Shown here: positions 49,415 to 58,872 of the stretch, one piece after another
Numbering within the stretch: the stretch's first letter is position 1
How the letters are laid out: each line of letters opens with the position of its first letter
NCBI GenBank assembly: GCA_963706285.1
Contig: CAVPLU010000003.1
Location: 152,808 to 216,807, forward strand
Source of the DNA: Candidatus Bathyarchaeota archaeon
GTDB taxonomy: Archaea; Thermoproteota; Bathyarchaeia; 40CM-2-53-6
DNA length: 64,000 bases
Reading direction: 5' to 3'
Made by a program: the position numbers and the translations under genes
The notes under the pieces: model-generated
What the model was told of the DNA's origin: nothing
The model's input: the letters and a program-made list of their open reading frames with translations, nothing else
The model's database searches: none

Positions 49415-51377
49415 ATGACCGAGTTCAGAAAGCTGTTCGAGCCAATTCAGATCGGGAACATCCAACTTAGAAACAGAATCGTCATGCCCGCAATGGGAAC
49501 TCAGCTGGCAAGCGATACTGGTGCCGTCACGGAACGTCTGATCGACTATCACGTCGAAAGAGCCAGAGGATTAGTGGGACTGAACATTACGGAAGTGGCA
49601 TGTGTTGATAGTCCCTTGGGAAAGACTATCGTGAATCAGCTACGAATCGACCACGACCGCTATGTTCCCGGATTGAACCACCTCGCCCAGAGCATTCACG
49701 CGTGTGGAGGCAAGATTGCAGTACAGCTTCACCATGCAGGTCGACAAACCAGTCTTGCCGTGACTGATGGTCTGCAATCCGTCTCGGCTTCTGATGTCGA
49801 GTATTACGATAGGCATGGTATTCCACCTGGTGCATGGGTCTCAAAGCCGAGGCCGCTGACGATAGAAGAGATAGAAGGACTCGTTGAGAAGTTTGCAGAC
49901 AGCGCTGACAGAGCAAAGAGGGCGCAAATGGATGCTGTAGAGGTTCATGGAGCGCATGGATACCTAATCGGCCAATTCCTCTCACCTTATACAAACAAGA
50001 GAACCGACGGTTACGGTGGAAGCCTTGAAAGACGAATGCGTTTCGCGTTGGAGATACTCCAAAGAGTCAGGGAGAAAGTTGGCGCTCACTTTCCGGTAAT
50101 ATTCAGAATCAGTGCGGATGAGATGATCCCGGAAGGCCTCAAATTAGGCGAGGCCAAAGTGATCTGCAAGACTCTCGAGAATGCCGGTGTTGATGCAATC
50201 AACGTGTCGGCCGCAATCTACGAGTCAGAGCACTGGTGTGAGCAGCCAATGGCTACTCCAAGAGGATGCTTGACACATCTCTCCGCCGGAATCAAAGAAG
50301 CCGTCGGCGTACCAGTCATTGCAGTTGGAAGAATCAACGACCCAACCCTAGCAGAACGCATTCTGCAGGAAGGAAAGGCAGACATGGTGGCCATGGGCAG
50401 AGCGCTCCTCGCCGATCCGGAACTCCCGCGAAAAGCCCGCGAGGGGAGACTAGAGGATATCCGAAAATGCACTGCGTGCAACATTGGCTGCATATACAGA
50501 GTTGGATGGCAGGGACTGAGCATCAGTTGTCAAGTCAACCCGAGCGTAGGACGAGAGAGAGAATTCCGAATAGTTCCAGCTGATAGCCCCTAGAAAGATC
50601 CTGGTTATTGGCGGAGGACCCGCCGGTATGGAAGCTGCTCGAATTGCATCTCTGCGAGGACACAAGGTAGTTCTGTATGAAAGAAACTCTCAGCTTGGAG
50701 GTCAAGTTCTATTGGCGATCAGACCTCCACACAAAGAGGAGCTTCGAAACATTCTCGAGTACTTTTCCACACAACTCAACAAGCTTGGCGTAAGACTTGA
50801 ACTGGGCAAGGAAGCAAGCGACCGAGTGATCGAGAACGAAAAGCCGGACGCAGTGATACTTGCTGCCGGAGCAACGCCTATCGTGCCCGAAATCGCAGGC
50901 GTTGACGGAGAAAACGTGTTCACTGCCTGGGATGTGCTGACAGGTAGGAAGAAGCCAGAAGGAAAGACTACTGTAGTTGGAGGAGGAGAAGTCGGATGCG
51001 AAACAGCGGAGTTTGTAGCTGAATCTGGCATACCCGTTACCGTTGCTGAAATGCTTGACTACGTAGCGGCGGACGTGGAACCTCTGACAAGATGGCTTCT
51101 CCTTGAACGCCTCAAGAAACTCGGTGTCTCGCTCATGACTGACGCAAGGACGATTGAGATCACACAGGATGGAATCAATATCACTGGCAACAGACGAGCC
51201 CATGAGCATGTGGAGGCACAGACAGTAATTCTTGCACTCGGATCCAAACCCAACACCCAATTGCTTGAGCCTCTCCGCAAGAAGGTGACTGAACTTCATG
51301 CAATCGGCGACTGCCTGGAACCGAGAAATATCCTCGCAGCGATCAGGGAAGGATCACAAGTAGGCAGACTCGTGTGA
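49415..51377 (+). CDS. NADH:flavin oxidoreductase / 2,4-dienoyl-CoA-reductase-like OYE with FAD domain (frameshift in CCCC near 50588)
   Basis: NRIVMPAM, QLHHAGR, HGAHGYL, CTACNIGC...CQVNP; removing one C joins it to KILVIGGGPAGMEAA. Confidence 0.88.
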
Positions 51378-51512
51378 CAAGACGTGCCAATGTCGCTCCA
51401 GCGACATCACGCACACCTAGGAAGATCGTAGCGATATTGCGGCACTCTCAGAAACGAGACTTCCTTGGTCCATCACGGGAATTAAAGATGAAACAGCTGA
51501 GAATCGCCATTT

Positions 51513-52715
51513 CTACTTGAAAGCCAGGCTAACTACGTGTTCTGCGAAGCTCAGGGCCGAAGTCATGGCCGGGGATACTGCGTTCAAAATGTGGAAGGAT
51601 TTGTCGGTTCTTTCAAATAGAAAATCTTCGACCAAATGACCCTTCCTGTCCACCAACTGCGCTCTCATGCCACTTTGATCTGGCTGGAAATCGTCCTCAG
51701 ATATGGCTGGAACCAATTCCCTTGCAGCCTTCAGAAACGCTTTCTTGCTCATCGACAGCTTCAATTCCTCTAAAGCGATTTGAAGGAAATCAAAATCAGC
51801 CATCAATCGAATGAAGCGAGAGTTAGAAATCATTCGCAGCGTCTCGCCCCAATTCATCCCGGAACCCTTGTAGTTTTCCCTTCCCAACGCAAGCGAAGCG
51901 TTTGGTCCAACAATAACCGATCCATCCGTACGTTTTGTCAGATGAATTCCCAAGAATGGCAATTCCAAATTTGGTGCAGGATAAATCATTGAGTTAACTA
52001 AGTGACTGCTCTCTGTTCTAAGACGATAGTAGTCTCCTCTAAAGGGAATCACGAAGTAGTCGCGCCCGACATCCATCATCCATGCCACTTGGTCAGCGTA
52101 AAGTCCAGCGCAATTTATCAGGAACTTCACATGAAAATCAGATTTCGATGTCTTGACGATCAGTTCACCGTCTTGATCACTTATCCCCTGAACTTTGGCA
52201 TCGAAAACCAGTGACGCTCCTTTCCTAGCCGCATCGGCTGCCATTCCACTGGCGAGTAGACCGGAATCGACGATCGCACCTGTTGGCGAAATGAGCGCCT
52301 CCCTAGCCACGGCATATGGCTCAATCTGCTTCAGTTCTTTCTGGTCTACTATCTTGACTCCCTGCACGCCGTTCGCGTTTGCTCTCCGTTCGAGTTCCCT
52401 GATTGTTGCGCTCTCTTGGTCGTTTCGTGCTACAACTACCGTGCCGACCTGTTTCTCCGGAATTCCCGATTTCCTGCAAAAGTCTCGCAGAAGAGTGCTT
52501 CCCCTGACGACTAAGGCTGCTTTGAGGCTTCCTGGTTTCTGATTGATCCCGGAATGTATGACTCCGCTGTTTCTTGAGCTAGTATGGGCTCCGGCTCTGT
52601 CCTCTTTTTCTAGAACGATAACGCTCTTGTTGGGTTGGCGAAGCGTGATTTCTCGTGCAATCGAACAGCCTACTATGCCTGCTCCGACGACAGCGACATC
52701 CCACGTTCTCATCAC
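51513..52715 (-). CDS. lhgO: L-2-hydroxyglutarate oxidase family FAD oxidoreductase
   Basis: GAGIVG, HTSSRNSGVIHSG, PFRGDYY, PFLGIHLT, GPNA, NAVSPAMTS. Confidence 0.85.
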   Translation of the reverse strand: MMRTWDVAVVGAGIVGCSIAREITLRQPNKSVIVLEKEDRAGAHTSSRNSGVIHSGINQKPGSLKAALVVRGSTLLRDFCRKSGIPEKQVGTVVVARNDQESATIRELERRANANGVQGVKIVDQKELKQIEPYAVAREALISPTGAIVDSGLLASGMAADAARKGASLVFDAKVQGISDQDGELIVKTSKSDFHVKFLINCAGLYADQVAWMMDVGRDYFVIPFRGDYYRLRTESSHLVNSMIYPAPNLELPFLGIHLTKRTDGSVIVGPNASLALGRENYKGSGMNWGETLRMISNSRFIRLMADFDFLQIALEELKLSMSKKAFLKAARELVPAISEDDFQPDQSGMRAQLVDRKGHLVEDFLFERTDKSFHILNAVSPAMTSALSFAEHVVSLAFK

Positions 52716-52813
52716 GGAAGCCCTCTTGCCAGTACGGGATATGAACGCTGTTTAAACTCTATTCCACCCAACCTCGATCACGTCTCTGATCAGAAGTCTT
52801 TTAGGGATTCAAA

Positions 52814-53311
52814 GTGAATACACAGGGATCGAGGATCATTTTGGTCGAGCCTCCTTCACCGTGTGAATCAGTTTCAACCATAATGTCGACGAAGGTTGTA
52901 AAAGTCAATGCGAATGAGAAGGTTGGCAAAGCTCTTCAGATGATGGTCAGAGATAAGATTGGCAGCATAGTCGTCATCGAAAAGGGAAAACCCGTCGGAA
53001 TCCTAACCGAACGCGATGTCTCAATGAGGGTGGCCAAAGGTCAGAACGTGCGAGGCATGACTATTAGAAACGTCATGTCAAAGCCCCTTTTCACGATTGC
53101 GCCTTCAGCGGAAGTCTGGCAGGCCGTGGAACAGATGGTGAGAAAAGATATCGTTCGACTTCCCGTGGTAGATGGAGGCCGACTCGTGGGAATGGTCACT
53201 GAGAGAGACATATTTCGCTGGATGATCAAGATAGCGTACGAGCCGAATTTGCCAAATGACCTGATGGAACTAGTAAAGTCACGCGCTCAGGCTCACGCCC
53301 TCGCCCATTAG
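52814..53311 (+). CDS. CBS-pair protein
   Basis: Two CBS repeats (VGILTERD, VGMVTERD). Confidence 0.88.
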   Translation: MNTQGSRIILVEPPSPCESVSTIMSTKVVKVNANEKVGKALQMMVRDKIGSIVVIEKGKPVGILTERDVSMRVAKGQNVRGMTIRNVMSKPLFTIAPSAEVWQAVEQMVRKDIVRLPVVDGGRLVGMVTERDIFRWMIKIAYEPNLPNDLMELVKSRAQAHALAH

Positions 53312-53519
53312 TGGTCGAGTCAGTAGAACTGACGACCTGCCACTGAACCTCTTCTCTAACGCGAACACTCTTCAGTCCCCCATAATGGAGCTGTCACTCA
53401 CCGAAGATCCTTCTAGAGAATCCGATTGCATGCAAGCTTCTTTGCTTTGAGCTGTGGCATTCTTATCTAGAATGCAATCATACTCGTGACGTCTGGAGGA
53501 TAGTTGGCGAATAATAGAG

Positions 53520-54689
53520 ATGCGGAAGGCAATATGGGTAATATCTACAACCCACATGTTTCTTGAGGTATTCTATTTCACACAAGTTGCACTAATTCCA
53601 GTCCTAATTCAGGAATTTCGCTTGACCCTTCTCGAAGTTTCACTTGTAGCAACGGTCCCAAACCTGATCTCTCTCCTAGTGAATATTCCGTCAGGATTAC
53701 TCGCAGATCGGTTTAGCGCAAATCGTCTCTTGTTTGCAAGTATGACTATTGAGGGGATTTCGGTACTGATAGTTAGTCAAACACACAGCTACTGGGTCCT
53801 GATTCTTGCGTTGTGCTTGGTGCGAATCGCATCTCCTCTGTACCACGCATCGGGGCTGAGTCAGATTGCCAGAATTGCCGAGCCAGAGAAGTTGAATGTG
53901 GCGATGGGGTTACATAACGCCCTCGGCGATCTAGGTACAGCAGCTGGCGTTGGCAGTCTAGCGATTTTCCTATCAATTCTGAACTGGAGATGGGCCTATG
54001 TCTTCTGGGCAGTTCCAATCTTGATATGGGGAATCGTTGTCTTGAAGTCTTCGCAACTCAAGACTGTAAGATTGGAAAGGAGGAGCGTCGAAGATGCAGG
54101 GCGCTTGCGGAGCCTGTCTCCTGTCTTGTACTCTGCTTTCCTCATCTTCTTGATCGCGATAGGTGCACGGGAATTGGGATCCACCGCGATATCTACTTTC
54201 ATGACGACGTATCTCGTAGATGTCGTAAACCTCTCAGGGTCAATGTCCAGCCTGATCTTCTCGATAGGAGCATTTGTCGGAATAGTGGGCTCGTTGGCTG
54301 GTGGATACCTTGGGCAGAGAATAGGTTCGAAGAAGGCGTTGAGTCTTTCCATTCTTGCCTGTGCGGTTTCACTCTCATTCCTGGCATTTGCCTCTCATCT
54401 CTACGTTCTTACTCTTGTCTACCTAGCGTATGCTTTCTTCGACTACGCAGTGTGGTCGCCCATGCACGCGATGGTAGCGGAGATAACACCTGAGACAACC
54501 AGAGGTTTGAGTTATAGCGTCTACTTGTTTGTTTATGGACTAATGTTCTCTATCGCGCCTTTACTTGCGGCAGCAGTCATACAATCATTGGGTATTTGGG
54601 TCGTATTCCCGCTGGGCGCAGCCTTCCTTGTCGCGGCTGTGCTCATTCTCCAACTGCTTCGTCACCCGCACGCATCGGCGAGAGCCTAG
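53520..54689 (+). CDS. MFS transporter
   Basis: About 12 TM helices; motif A GLLADRFS and GYLGQRIG. Confidence 0.88.
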   Translation: MRKAIWVISTTHMFLEVFYFTQVALIPVLIQEFRLTLLEVSLVATVPNLISLLVNIPSGLLADRFSANRLLFASMTIEGISVLIVSQTHSYWVLILALCLVRIASPLYHASGLSQIARIAEPEKLNVAMGLHNALGDLGTAAGVGSLAIFLSILNWRWAYVFWAVPILIWGIVVLKSSQLKTVRLERRSVEDAGRLRSLSPVLYSAFLIFLIAIGARELGSTAISTFMTTYLVDVVNLSGSMSSLIFSIGAFVGIVGSLAGGYLGQRIGSKKALSLSILACAVSLSFLAFASHLYVLTLVYLAYAFFDYAVWSPMHAMVAEITPETTRGLSYSVYLFVYGLMFSIAPLLAAAVIQSLGIWVVFPLGAAFLVAAVLILQLLRHPHASARA

Positions 54690-55119
54690 CATTCATCGAC
54701 CCAGAATCTGGGGGCCGACATTCTTCAACTCTTGAGTGACCGGACACGTCTCATTTAGCATCTTGACATAAGCTTTCTTATAGGATTATTTATGTTTCTA
54801 GTTATCACTGCCGATCTACACGGTATTAGCATGAGACCCCGTTGCCGTAGAATCCCATAGTATCGTAGATGCTGAGAAGTCGTAGAGTTAGCAGACGATA
54901 ATAAGGATTTCAAATCCCAGCGCTGTTATCTTCTCGTCTGTCATGTCGGGGTGTTACCTTCCGTCTGCTGACGGATTTTTCGGGGGCCAATCATGAGACG
55001 ACTGAAGTGGAGGAAGTTAGGCTATGAGGAAATTGTCAATGGTACAAAACACGGCCCTGTTACAGCTTTGGGTTCTGGGTTGACAAGCTAGTTAGGAACT
55101 AGCAAACTAGAGAATTATC

Positions 55120-55329
55120 TCAAAGCGTTTTGTATCGTCGTGGTATCCAAAACAGAAAGTTGACTGCAATTGCAATTGCACCCATAATGAAAATCGCGGC
55201 AACTATCGGCAAAGTCAACAACCCCTGTTGCATTCGCCAGACTATCACGGCTCCCATGATGAATATGATAATGACCGCCACGAGAAGCATACGAGTGATA
55301 AGTCCCATCATGCGTCCTTTACTTGACAT
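55120..55329 (-). CDS. Small 2-TM hypothetical protein
   Basis: 69 aa with two clean hydrophobic helices and basic flanks. Confidence 0.55.
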   Translation of the reverse strand: MSSKGRMMGLITRMLLVAVIIIFIMGAVIVWRMQQGLLTLPIVAAIFIMGAIAIAVNFLFWIPRRYKTL

Positions 55330-55476
55330 TCAACTCGCCCATTACTTCTTGGTGACCTTGTCGATTATCAGGGGTTTACCCTGTTTGGCACTGTCAAGTT
55401 CTCGTTTGGTCATGCGTGCTGTCAAAAAGCGTTTGGTGGCGGCTCTCGCTTCGCCCGCATCATCAGAGATTTTTCA

Positions 55477-56374
55477 TTATGAGTGGGCGCTGACGCTCAC
55501 CACTCCGTATTCGGCCGTGGTACTCTGGTGAGCAACAACAGAACCGTTGAGGAGAATTGACACTTCCAAGAATCCGTACGTTGTGTGCTTTTGGAATACT
55601 GCTGAGGCAATAGTGCCAGTTACACGGAAAGTCTGACTACCTGCCCCATCAACGGACGTAGTTCCTGACACACCTCCATAGGCGCCAGTCCAGGAAGTAT
55701 CTGAATTAACCTGAATGGTGAACGTGGTAGTTAGAGAATCGGACCCAGAGCAGTGACGGGACAACAATGGTGAGTATCAATATGACTGCGACAAATGTTT
55801 TTGACGAACCGAATGTCGGACGCGTCCTTTGCCTTCCTTGGGAGGAAACTTCTGGAATCTGCATCATTGACGGCTGTGAATAATACACATTGCACTTTGG
55901 ACATTGCCATGTACTGCCTTGGGGCCGCTCAGGGTGATTCTTAACGGCGAGTCTGCCTTCCGCCCCTCCGAACTCATGGTACAATTGGCATTCTTTGACG
56001 AAAGCTGCTTGAGGGGAAATGAAATATTCGAATTTGAAACGGTCGTATTTGCCTATGTACTCCTTCAGCTGAGTTTTGACATCAGTATCAGCGCGGCCGA
56101 CAAAGTGAACATGGAAAGTCTCGTCCTTCTTGGGTCCGAGAACGTATACTCCAGCCGAAACTCTAGAAACTTCCTTGTTGATCGTACGTTCATTTAGCGG
56201 GAACGAACCCCTCAAACCGCTACTTCGGCGTCGCTTCTCAGGCATCCGACCAATGCGGGGGCTAGGTACGGTTTGTGATGGCTTCGCGTTCCACATGTCT
56301 GCGCCACAATTCGAACAGAATCTCATCCCTACTGCCGTTGCTTCCCCACAATTCGGACAGAAAGACGTAGCCAC
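55477..56374 (-). CDS. Zinc ribbon, GIY-YIG-like domain, TM and MmpS-like exported domain (frameshift near 55750)
   Basis: FCPNCG..FCSNCG; GVYVLG...FVGRAD...KECQLYHEFG...HPERP..WQCPKC; TM; then in the next frame GFLEVSILLNGSVV..STTAEYGVV. Confidence 0.62.
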
Positions 56375-56507
56375 TACCGTTGAGAATTATCTTCATGTGA
56401 GAATATTACACTTTCCAAAACAGGGTCAGGCTCGAAGCATACTCGTAGAGAAGAGTCGAACCAAACCCGACAGTTGGACAAGTAGACTGTCATGTGATCG
56501 GCCATGC

Positions 56508-56579
56508 TCTACATCACGCCGAAGCGAACCGTGTAGGCATGGAACCACTAGACAAGACGCTTGAACTCGACGGATCAAC
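56508..56579. repeat. 72-bp direct repeat, copy 1
   Basis: 64/72 identical to 57543-57614 by manual alignment. Confidence 0.9.
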
Positions 56580-56626
56580 AACACTCGTGCCACAAGCCAG
56601 ATATCGTTCAGCAAGAACTGTTCTCT

Positions 56627-57193
56627 ATGCAAGATTCGGTCTCCCTATTCTTCACGCAGTACTGGCAACTCGTTGTTTCACTGGTAATTGGGAGCTCTGG
56701 CCTAGCACGGCTGGTTCCTGACTTATCTAGACCTACGACAACAACGGCAACTTGAAGCGAGAAAGCTATCCCGTGAATTGGTGCTAACCCAGACATCTTG
56801 CAGCTCTACGGAATGGATTTCGACCTTCTGGATCTCTACGAAGCACTAGTCGAACTGAAGCAGGGCAAGCAGCCCATATTGAAGCTACCTGAGACAAAAG
56901 GGCGCTGGGTAACGATTACAAGTGAGAAGCAACTTCTCAGGCTGACCCTGAAGGCATTTGCCCGCGTCAGCGATCTTACGGACAAGGTCTCCCGAGCTGG
57001 CCTGACGTTGTTGCTTCCCTTGCGACTGCGCAAGAGGCAGGAGACGTTGCGCGCACACTTAGGTCTTCAAAAAGCTTTGATGATATTGAGACGGCCCGAA
57101 AACAGCTTTTTGACTTCGGGGAAGAACTCAAGAAAGTACTCGGGCTCTGATGTTTGGAAGAGAAGAATCCTACACTCAGCCGACACTCGATGA
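56627..57193 (+). CDS. Hypothetical N-terminally anchored membrane protein (two compensating frameshifts, or decayed)
   Basis: MQDSVSLFF...GSSGLA / GWFLTYLDLRQQRQLEARKLSRELVL / PDILQLYGMDF... read through shifts near 56707 and 56790. Confidence 0.4.
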
Positions 57194-57525
57194 GAAAGTC
57201 TGAAGCCTACTCAAACGGCTCGCTCATGGCATTTGGAATTGCAATCGGATATGCAAGTGGCATATTACCTGAACAGAATCTGTGGGCATTGACAATCGGG
57301 CTTAGCGGATGTGCTGTTGCATATTTTGTGTTCGCCTATCGACAGAAGTTGGCCGCCTCTTGGAACTCGGCATTGCAAACACTGGCGCTGGTTCTCGCTG
57401 CGCTTGCGCCTCTAACACCGAAATCGCTTAGCGCGGTATGGGTCATTGTCTTCATAGTGATAGGGTGTGTTGGCACAATTCTTTCTCTCTCTGGATCTGC
57501 TGGCAAGCTGCACAAACATCTCTAG
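57190..57525 (+). CDS. Small 4-TM hypothetical protein
   Basis: MRKSEAYSNG... with four hydrophobic segments; ATGA overlap with the upstream ORF. Confidence 0.55.
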   Translation: MRKSEAYSNGSLMAFGIAIGYASGILPEQNLWALTIGLSGCAVAYFVFAYRQKLAASWNSALQTLALVLAALAPLTPKSLSAVWVIVFIVIGCVGTILSLSGSAGKLHKHL

Positions 57526-57542
57526 TGAGCAAACTGGGCAAG

Positions 57543-57614
57543 TCTACATCACGACGAAGAGAACCGTGTAGGCATGGAACCTCTCGACAAGACGCTTCTG
57601 CTCGACGGATTAAC
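57543..57614. repeat. 72-bp direct repeat, copy 2
   Basis: 64/72 identical to 56508-56579. Confidence 0.9.
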
Positions 57615-57740
57615 CGTCACCGTCCCGTAGAGTGGTCGACCAGCTGCAGGCTGACAAAGAAGCATTATCTTAAATCGCAAACGAACTGAACTCGATAGCG
57701 GTTCTCATGGGACGAATCTCCGCCAGAAAAAGGCTCAGAA

Positions 57741-58652
57741 GTGAGAAGCGAGGCTTGGGGAGCCAAGCGGCATGAACAAGAGTGCTATCGCCAACTCGAC
57801 AGTCTAGCCAGATACTACAATTCTCAGATTACGACTCATGTCGGCTACCTGTTGACTTCGTCGGCGTTTGTCTCGGGCAGCGCCTTAGCTTCACTGAGTC
57901 TGATTCTTGCTAGATCACTGCCCTCCGATCCGGTATGGGGTACGATAGAGATTGTCTGTCGCGCTGCATTGGTTGATGGTTTGATTGTGATTGTGGGTTG
58001 GTTCTTCTTGGGATTCTTCCCACTACTTGGAAGGTTTCTTCCAATAGTTCCAGTTTCATTCAAGTACCTTTGGGGAAGAACCCAGCTCTACGAATTCATC
58101 TCGCAGATAGTCTGGGAACATATGGAGTTGACGATTGCCCGTCCACTTGAGAAGGTCAGCCAAGACTACGCTTCGAAGCTTCGAAACAGAATGCGCCGAG
58201 AGGGGCCATACTCAGCTATCATATCTTTGTTTGAAGCAAGGCTTTTCGTGTCAAAATGTCGGGAAGAGGGAATCAGATTTGACGATGATAGGATTCGACA
58301 GAACTTGAGACACTTCGACATCGCCCATGATGAGATCAATATTCTTTTCAGATTCATGGAGAACGTGCGATATTACGCGAGGCCGACCTTTGGTCGAGTC
58401 TTTTCATCTGTGGATTGTCTTACTCTGGCGTGGGAGAATCAAATACGCGGATACCTTGCCCCAAACCAAGATAACGAAGAGGTTAGGTGGAGAGGCGTTC
58501 TATTGGTTTGTCCGAAGGACGCTCTTGACGGAGGCGACTGTTCGACGCTATCTGCCAAGAGCCTCAATCGTCTTGGCTCACCGCCGAAGTGGTGGACGAT
58601 GTGGCGGAATGACATGGTGAGACGCATCCTATCATCAGATCACCCTGATTGA
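57741..58652 (+). CDS. Hypothetical protein with two N-terminal TM helices
   Basis: 303-aa uninterrupted ORF; no family recognised. Confidence 0.55.
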   Translation: MRSEAWGAKRHEQECYRQLDSLARYYNSQITTHVGYLLTSSAFVSGSALASLSLILARSLPSDPVWGTIEIVCRAALVDGLIVIVGWFFLGFFPLLGRFLPIVPVSFKYLWGRTQLYEFISQIVWEHMELTIARPLEKVSQDYASKLRNRMRREGPYSAIISLFEARLFVSKCREEGIRFDDDRIRQNLRHFDIAHDEINILFRFMENVRYYARPTFGRVFSSVDCLTLAWENQIRGYLAPNQDNEEVRWRGVLLVCPKDALDGGDCSTLSAKSLNRLGSPPKWWTMWRNDMVRRILSSDHPD

Positions 58653-58872
58653 AGAGCACGTCGGCGAGTGTTCTGAGCTGAAGCTTTCCCTCACTTTCGT
58701 TTGGGTCTAACTACGTTTAGACCCGTAGCTTTCCACTCTAGCATGTCACAGAAGCACAACAGGTTGAGTTATCCCGAGTGGTCTTGTGTGCTTGCGCTGA
58801 TTATTCAGCATGCCAAATCCAGAGTCATGATCTCCGATAGGAAGCGTAAAGAGAAATCGGCCTCTATCTTGG

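Noticed and set aside
56508-57614. Direct repeats considered as a CRISPR array
   Set aside because: Only two copies, 72 bp long and about 1 kb apart; no cas genes in the window.
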